Shown one piece after another: positions 59,464-64,000 of a stretch of DNA of 64,000 nt. A program made the translations under genes and the position numbers. The DNA is taken from positions 364,758-428,757 of the forward strand of contig JBGSJG010000004.1 of NCBI GenBank assembly GCA_041742135.1, read 5' to 3'. Position 1 is the stretch's first letter, and each line of letters begins with the position of its first letter. This DNA is from Patescibacteria group bacterium (GTDB lineage Bacteria > Patescibacteriota > Microgenomatia > UBA8517). The notes under the pieces were generated by a model, which had not been told where the DNA came from, searched no databases, and saw nothing but the letters and a program-made list of their open reading frames with translations.

Positions 59464-60216
59464 TCAGCGTTTACGGGCTAATATGAAGATTGAAGGTCCA
59501 AAATTAATCTTCGCAAGAGGCTCTTGAGTCAACTTCTCCAAGCTCATTAGTATTGGCATAGGAGCAATGGACTTAAGTGCACTACTTCTTACGTTTGAAA
59601 CAGAACGTTTCTCGACTATTGTAAAGCCATGATCTTTAAGGCTTTTCTCTACAATATCTGGGTGATGGTTAAGAAAAAGTATGGAATTGTTTTTTATGTT
59701 TTTTTTGCTCCGCTTATCAAGAGGGAAAATATCAAGGGGAAAAGTGAAGTTGCCGTTTAGTAGGTTTTGCAGCATCGCCTTGCCATGAAGTTTGTTTGCA
59801 AACTCTACAATAAAATAACCGCCCTTATCAAGATGTCTGCTTGCGGCAGTTATCGCGTCATCGGGGTCTTTGATGTGGTGCATGACACGGACCAGCAAGA
59901 CCACATCGTATTTTTTAGCCTTGATTTTACTGTCCATGTTTTGAAGAGTGGAATTTACTAAATGAAGGTTTGCCTGCCCTTTTAGAGTCATTCTGGCACG
60001 GGTCAAAAGAGATCTGGATGGCTCGACTAAAGTTATGCTTTTGGCAAACTTCGAGTAAGTATTGGCAAGGCGGCCAAAACCTGCCCCGATATCAACAACA
60101 TTTTTTTTGTTGCCGATTTTTGTAAAAAAGCTCTCGACGGCGTGGACCTCGCTTAAGTGTTCGTAGTTTCTGGCGTCCCAGTAACTTGGGTAGTCGTAGC
60201 CGTCGTAAGCTGCCAT
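59464..60216 (-). CDS. class I SAM-dependent methyltransferase
   Basis: VVDIGAGFGRLANTY (motif I) and DVVLLVRVMHHI. The start was moved to the ATG at 60216 (MAAYDGYDY) to avoid a 50-nt overlap with the next gene. Confidence 0.65.
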   Translation of the reverse strand: MAAYDGYDYPSYWDARNYEHLSEVHAVESFFTKIGNKKNVVDIGAGFGRLANTYSKFAKSITLVEPSRSLLTRARMTLKGQANLHLVNSTLQNMDSKIKAKKYDVVLLVRVMHHIKDPDDAITAASRHLDKGGYFIVEFANKLHGKAMLQNLLNGNFTFPLDIFPLDKRSKKNIKNNSILFLNHHPDIVEKSLKDHGFTIVEKRSVSNVRSSALKSIAPMPILMSLEKLTQEPLAKINFGPSIFILARKR

Positions 60217-60217
60217 A

Positions 60218-60862
60218 TTACTCCATGTCCTCGATGAAGCTTCGGACACCAATAGCCCAAGAGCCATTTGATAGAGGCGTGTATTTGGACATTATGTCCT
60301 CTGGGGTGAGTAGCCCTTTGTTAATATATTCCTTCTTAAGCCCAGCTGAGACAACTTTGATTGCTTCTTCGAACGAGCTAAACCCGAGTGTTCCACGACT
60401 ATGTATTCCCCAGCCCCAGCAGTTAAAGCTCCCCTCTGGAATAAATTTACACAGATTACTCTCTTGCTGAGCAATTGCTGTAATTAGCCTGAAATCAATT
60501 TCCTCTTCGTCTGCTACTTGGACAATATAATCAGCGTGCGGGAGAAGAGTTGAATTGTATCTGTTTAAGTATTTTTTCACAATCTCAACTCGTGCGTCAT
60601 TTGTGCCTACGCGAGACTCGATGCTTGGCATCGTGTCGGGAAGTGCTGCGAAGATGTTTGCCCCAGATTTAGCACCAGTAGTATTTGCAGCCAATACCGC
60701 AGTTGGGCTTGTTGTTTGCTGGCTAGCTACAAAGATTAATGCAAAAACACTTACCAGTAAAGCAACTGGAGTTAATACCAAAAAAACTACCAAAAGTGAG
60801 AGTCCCTTAAACACAGAAAAACCACCGTTTTCCATCTGAGATAAGAATGCCATAGATGGCAA
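60218..60862 (-). CDS. membrane-anchored protein with lysozyme-like / SLT-like segment (weak)
   Basis: N-terminal transmembrane segment, and LITAIAQQESNLCKF...NCWGWGI loosely resembling the lytic transglycosylase ES-motif region. Confidence 0.3.
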   Translation of the reverse strand: MPSMAFLSQMENGGFSVFKGLSLLVVFLVLTPVALLVSVFALIFVASQQTTSPTAVLAANTTGAKSGANIFAALPDTMPSIESRVGTNDARVEIVKKYLNRYNSTLLPHADYIVQVADEEEIDFRLITAIAQQESNLCKFIPEGSFNCWGWGIHSRGTLGFSSFEEAIKVVSAGLKKEYINKGLLTPEDIMSKYTPLSNGSWAIGVRSFIEDME

Positions 60863-60885
60863 GTTGAGTCAAATTAGGGAGTAGC

Positions 60886-61620
60886 CTAATTTGATGAGTT
60901 TTCTTGTGCACTTGCATGTAAATCCCACACCTCACTGTAGCTAAGACTTCTCCCTCCGCTCGGGTTTTCAAACCTTGCCATGTCTCGCCACCATGTGGGA
61001 TAGTCGACTGGTTCTGTATCGGCACACACACTTGGGTCTGGCCCAATACAGATTTCGACCTCTTCAATTTTTTTGCTGTTGAGCCTATCAATTGAACCAT
61101 CCTCGTTTCTTACAATCCAGCCCCATCTGTTGGCTGTTTCAAAAGAGATTTCTATTGTTTCTTCAACGTGGTCGATCGAGCGAAACATGTGCTGACGGTT
61201 TGTTGTATCGATTGCAAGATAAGGGCCTTCCCATGCTTCGTTTCTAAAAATCCAAACAGTTTTGCCTACATCAGCCGGAGACATAACTGCTACCCCATCT
61301 AGTATTGGTGAACTTGGATCCATTGTGGAGAGCACAATGCCTTTATTGCCGGCAACTTCTTGCATCACCTCAGGGTTGTACCAAACCGCATTGCCTTCAT
61401 TGTGAATAGGAGCTGGCTCCATCCAAGTCTCGTAGGTAGGTAATCCTGGAATAAAAATTCCGCTTTGACAATAGCCATGTCTTAGCTCAGACAAATCACT
61501 TCTGTCCCAATTTCTTAGATCAAGATTTGCCTCGCAATCTTCTGCAGATACGTGGGATAGCCCGACGATAGCACTAAATCCCACAGCTACAGCTAATCGA
61601 CTAAAACCTTTTCTTTCCAT
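60886..61620 (-). CDS. secreted hypothetical protein (Cys-containing)
   Basis: The start was moved to the ATG at 61620 (MERKGFSRLAVAVGFSAIVGLSHVSA, a signal peptide) because the track start at 61731 overlaps tRNA-Lys. Confidence 0.4.
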   Translation of the reverse strand: MERKGFSRLAVAVGFSAIVGLSHVSAEDCEANLDLRNWDRSDLSELRHGYCQSGIFIPGLPTYETWMEPAPIHNEGNAVWYNPEVMQEVAGNKGIVLSTMDPSSPILDGVAVMSPADVGKTVWIFRNEAWEGPYLAIDTTNRQHMFRSIDHVEETIEISFETANRWGWIVRNEDGSIDRLNSKKIEEVEICIGPDPSVCADTEPVDYPTWWRDMARFENPSGGRSLSYSEVWDLHASAQENSSN

Positions 61621-61673
61621 AGGCAGAACAGTGAGCTTACGTGAAGATATTCTTACAATCAAGAAGGTAATTG

Positions 61674-61745
61674 TGATCCCGGGAGGGCTCGAACCTCCAA
61701 CCATTGCCTTAAGAGGGCACTGCTCTACCATTGAGCTACGGGACC
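61674..61745 (-). tRNA. tRNA-Lys (anticodon CTT)
   Basis: Manual fold: GGTCCCG acceptor pairing with CGGGATC, D-arm GCTC-AATGGTA-GAGC, anticodon loop CTCTTAA and T-arm GGAGG-TTCGAGC-CCTCC. Confidence 0.75.
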
Positions 61746-61750
61746 GCGAG

Positions 61751-61823
61751 TGACCCAGGAAGGACTCGAACCTTCAACCTAACGGTTAGAAACCGTTTGC
61801 TCTATCCATTGAGCTACTGGGCC
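61751..61823 (-). tRNA. tRNA-Arg (anticodon TCT)
   Basis: Manual fold: GGCCCAG acceptor pairing with CTGGGTC, anticodon stem AACGG/CCGTT with loop TTTCTAA, and T-arm GAAGG-TTCGAGT-CCTTC. Confidence 0.85.
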
Positions 61824-61857
61824 GTAATCGACCAGTTGCCAAGGGACAAGCTTGCCT

Positions 61858-61878
61858 TATCCATTGAGCTACTGGGCC
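61858..61878 (-). repeat. 21-nt perfect duplicate of the tRNA-Arg 5' end (acceptor stem plus D-arm); truncated pseudo-tRNA or repeat
   Basis: TATCCATTGAGCTACTGGGCC occurs at 61803-61823 and again at 61858-61878. No complete tRNA could be folded from the second copy. Confidence 0.5.
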
Positions 61879-61959
61879 TTATTTTAGCCTAAAACTGTTA
61901 TATTTTACATTCTTTGCCCATAAAATGAAAATCATGACAAAAAAGCCTATACTGAAATT

Positions 61960-62430
61960 GTGATTAGATTTTTAAAATTACTAGCTTCGGTTGCTGTTTG
62001 CCAAGCGACAGGGCTTCTGTCGACCCCATTTACGATTTCAGCAATTCCCACTTGGTATGCCTTTTTGAATAAGCCTTTTTTTGCACCTCCAAATTGGATT
62101 TTTGCTCCCGCCTGGACGATCCTTTACACCTTAATGGGAATTTCGCTATATATAATTTGGTCCAAAGGAATAAAAAAGAGGAAGGTAAAGCAGGCATTAG
62201 GGTTTTTCTTTGTGCAGCTAGGCTTAAATTTTTTGTGGTCCTATGTGTTTTTTGGACTGAAGTCGCCTGAATTGGCCTTATTAAATATTGCAGCAATGTG
62301 GGTGTTTATATTAATGACGCTTGTGAAATTTAGGCCGATTTCAAAACTCGCATTTTATCTTCTGATCCCTTACTTCCTGTGGGTGAGCTTTGCCTCACTT
62401 CTAAATGCTTCAATCGCCATTCTTAATTGA
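61960..62430 (+). CDS. tspO: TspO/MBR family tryptophan-rich sensory protein
   Basis: WYAFLNKPFFAPPNWIFAPAWTILYTLMGISLYIIW and five transmembrane helices with conserved Trp residues. Confidence 0.75.
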   Translation: MIRFLKLLASVAVCQATGLLSTPFTISAIPTWYAFLNKPFFAPPNWIFAPAWTILYTLMGISLYIIWSKGIKKRKVKQALGFFFVQLGLNFLWSYVFFGLKSPELALLNIAAMWVFILMTLVKFRPISKLAFYLLIPYFLWVSFASLLNASIAILN

Positions 62431-62652
62431 CATATTTTCAATGAATCCCCACGGGCTATGCCGCACAACATCATCTTTTCTGATCCCTAGCTGTCTAAAT
62501 TGATTGTAAGGGACGAATACTTGCGTTGGAGATAATGTTCCAAGTTCTTCTAGTTCAAGTTTTATAGCCCGGCCATTCCGGCAAAGATACATGGCTTCAA
62601 CTGTGGAGTATTTTCTCTGAAATATATAATCCGCCAAACGCTCTCGATTCAT
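62410..62652 (-). CDS. hypothetical small protein (80 aa)
   Basis: ORF track entry with no motif. Confidence 0.3.
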   Translation of the reverse strand: MNRERLADYIFQRKYSTVEAMYLCRNGRAIKLELEELGTLSPTQVFVPYNQFRQLGIRKDDVVRHSPWGFIENMSIKNGD

Positions 62653-62673
62653 GTTTTAACTGAGCAGGCTATG

Positions 62674-62745
62674 AGCGGGAGACGAGATTCGAACTCGCGA
62701 CCTCTTCCTTGGCAAGGAAGCGTACTACCACTGTACTACTCCCGC
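62674..62745 (-). tRNA. tRNA-Gly (anticodon GCC)
   Basis: Manual fold: GCGGGAG acceptor pairing with CTCCCGC, D-stem GTAC/GTAC, anticodon stem CTTCC/GGAAG with loop TTGCCAA, T-arm GCGAG-TTCGAAT-CTCGT and discriminator U. Confidence 0.85.
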
Positions 62746-62809
62746 CTACGCACTTCGTGCTTCGGCGGGCAGGCCCGCTTTGGGTCTACCGCCTCGCATC
62801 GGCGAAGGC

Positions 62810-62885
62810 TGGTGCTGGGAGCAGGGATCGAACCCGCATCTGACGCTCTTCAGGCGCCCGCCGTGACCAACTTGGCTATCCCAGC
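62810..62885 (-). tRNA. tRNA-Phe (anticodon GAA), CCA encoded
   Basis: Manual fold: GCTGGGA acceptor pairing with TCCCAGC, anticodon stem GGCGC/GCGTC with loop CTGAAGA, T-arm GCGGG-TTCGATC-CCTGC and an encoded ACCA 3' end. Confidence 0.85.
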
Positions 62886-62907
62886 GCGAACAAAGTGAGC
62901 GATGGAA

Positions 62908-62971
62908 CAACGTTCTTGCGTAGCAAGGTTGCTTACTGCGCTAGCAGCAACGTTCTTGCGAAGCAAGGTTG
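62908..62971. repeat. two tandem ~24-nt repeats (40-nt period), each containing the palindrome CTTGC-GNA-GCAAG
   Basis: CAACGTTCTTGCGTAGCAAGGTTG at 62908-62931 and CAACGTTCTTGCGAAGCAAGGTTG at 62948-62971. They lie upstream (5' on the minus strand) of tRNA-Phe. Confidence 0.5.
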
Positions 62972-63030
62972 TTATCCCAGCATTCAATACTTGGTGTATT
63001 CTACCAGTTTTTTGTTATCTAAAAAAGTCT

Positions 63031-63624
63031 TTAGTAATTTGTGGGGGTTTCTGCTTGCGGTTGCTCGGCTACAGGAGGCATTTGAGCTAAAGTATCATTG
63101 AAAGACGTAGGCTGGTTTTGAGCTAGAGGTGGGTTTTGCACAGGAGCTGCAAACGGTGTGTAGGCTTGTGTTTGAGGTTGTTGTACTGCCATGGGCTGGC
63201 TAACAATCGGCTGTTGGGGTTGTAGCTGTACGACTGGAGCTTGAGGTTGAATGATGGTTGGCGCTTGAGGTTGCACATAAGTCGGCTGCGGTGCACTTGG
63301 GGTAACCGCGGAAGAAGGCATCTTTGGCTTAACCACCGCACCTTCAAAATATTTTGTAAGCTGCAATAAAATAAAGCCTGTCACTCCGTAGACGATCATC
63401 CCAAGAACTGTTGCAAGCTCCAAAGAAAAACTGGCAACCGTGAAAGTAGGAAAAACTCCTTGAAATGGAAATACCAAAGGATCTGTGGCTCCGTAAACCC
63501 AATTGCTAAATTGTGCCGTACTACTGGCGGCCAAAAGCATGAAGATAAACCTAAAACCTAGAAGTACTTCAACCAGACCGATAAAAAATAGAATTATTCC
63601 TGATGCAACTTTTCCAATATCCAT
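63031..63624 (-). CDS. membrane protein with Gln/Pro-rich C-terminal tail
   Basis: The start was moved to the ATG at 63624 (MDIGKVASGIILFFIGLVEVLLGF) because the track start at 63723 lies inside tRNA-Val. Three transmembrane segments, then a QPQAPTIIQPQAPVVQLQPQQP low-complexity tail. Confidence 0.45.
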   Translation of the reverse strand: MDIGKVASGIILFFIGLVEVLLGFRFIFMLLAASSTAQFSNWVYGATDPLVFPFQGVFPTFTVASFSLELATVLGMIVYGVTGFILLQLTKYFEGAVVKPKMPSSAVTPSAPQPTYVQPQAPTIIQPQAPVVQLQPQQPIVSQPMAVQQPQTQAYTPFAAPVQNPPLAQNQPTSFNDTLAQMPPVAEQPQAETPTNY

Positions 63625-63664
63625 GTATTTACAATAGCAATTGTGATGAGCAAAAACAACAGTG

Positions 63665-63738
63665 TGGTCGCACAAGGACTCGAACCTTGGACCTTTCGGA
63701 TGTAAACCGAACGCTCTAACCAACTGAGCTATGCGACC
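63665..63738 (-). tRNA. tRNA-Val (anticodon TAC)
   Basis: Manual fold: GGTCGCA acceptor pairing with TGCGACC, D-arm GCTC-AGTTGGTTA-GAGC, anticodon stem TTCGG/CCGAA with loop TTTACAT, and T-arm CAAGG-TTCGAGT-CCTTG. Confidence 0.85.
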
Positions 63739-63843
63739 GCGGGTGCGGAGGACGATTCTTATTTTGAACCGCTCTCCGACAATTACCTAGTGCATTTTAC
63801 CAGGTTAATGGAACTGTATCAATCGAAGTCGGAGGAGGATTTA

Positions 63844-64000
63844 CATGATTAAAAACTCCTTGCACGACGAAAAAACCTTCTACCCTCACTTTCTCTCTGA
63901 TTTGGAGCAAAGCCAGAATGAGGTGATTATTGAAAGTCCATTTATCACAATAGCCAGAATGAAGACATTTTGGCCAGTGTTTCGACGTTTGGTTGGGCGC
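63844..64000 (+). CDS. partial gene at the window end, N-terminal 52 codons. A possible PLD-like (HKD) nuclease N-terminus is speculative.
   Basis: ATG at 63844. MIKNSLHDEKTFYPHFLSDLEQSQNEVIIESPFITIARMKTFWPVFRRLVGR is open to the window end. The IIESPFIT segment resembles the start of PLD-like domains. Confidence 0.3.

Noticed and set aside
57300-61900. tRNA-Leu to tRNA-Lys/Arg interval as an integrated mobile element
   Set aside because: No integrase, recombinase or transposase ORF is present and no long direct repeat flanks the interval. Only the 21-nt tRNA-Arg fragment duplication was found, and it is reported as a finding rather than called a mobile element.
62746-62809. GC-rich 64-nt spacer between tRNA-Gly and tRNA-Phe as an additional tRNA
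   Set aside because: It contains the hairpin GCGGGC-CT-GCCCGC but no T-loop (TTCGA) and no acceptor pairing. It is probably an inter-tRNA processing spacer.
62671-63101. Track ORFs 62671-62898(+), 62895-63101(+) and 62902-63090(+)
   Set aside because: They run through tRNA-Gly, tRNA-Phe and the palindromic repeat region and are GC-rich structural-RNA artefacts.

Overview
This 64-kb window looks like chromosomal DNA from a reduced-genome, Gram-positive-like bacterium, most consistent with CPR/Patescibacteria (Saccharibacteria-like). That placement is inference from gene content and truncated housekeeping proteins. Coding density is high and most genes are housekeeping: gyrA (partial) and gyrB, recG, tyrS, the thrS-infC-rpmI-rplT-pheS-pheT block, rpsP, rnc, nusB, trigger factor, PBP1A and dinB. 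The dominant accessory feature is a complete type IV pilus locus spanning about 17.1 to 29.9 kb. It reads pilB, pilT, pilC, a major pilin with its own terminator, pilD, eight further prepilin-like genes (six chained by ATGA start/stop overlaps), a PilX-like gene and pilM, pilN, pilO. Eight tRNA genes sit on the minus strand: Ala-GGC, Val-GAC, Leu-TAG, Lys-CTT, Arg-TCT, Gly-GCC, Phe-GAA and Val-TAC. A 21-nt duplicated 5' fragment of tRNA-Arg lies next to them. Other accessory content includes a cell-wall hydrolase pair (Rpf-like transglycosylase and amidase). There is also a secreted lamin-tail-domain protein beside a Cas4-like 4-Cys nuclease, with no CRISPR array. Further items are a DnaQ/GIY-YIG fusion nuclease, a dockerin-like secreted protein, a LOG-family protein, TspO and an Nramp-like transporter. 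Candidate regulatory RNA features were found. The clearest is a putative ultrashort threonine T-box leader with a strong promoter upstream of thrS. Others are a structured inverted-repeat element with a 15-codon mini-ORF, tandem palindromic repeats upstream of the tRNA-Phe/Gly cluster, and three tandem small ORFs of unknown function at 54.2 to 55.0 kb with elevated GC. No integrase, transposase, CRISPR array or prophage was recognised. All calls rest on reading the sequence and the translations, and no database search was possible.
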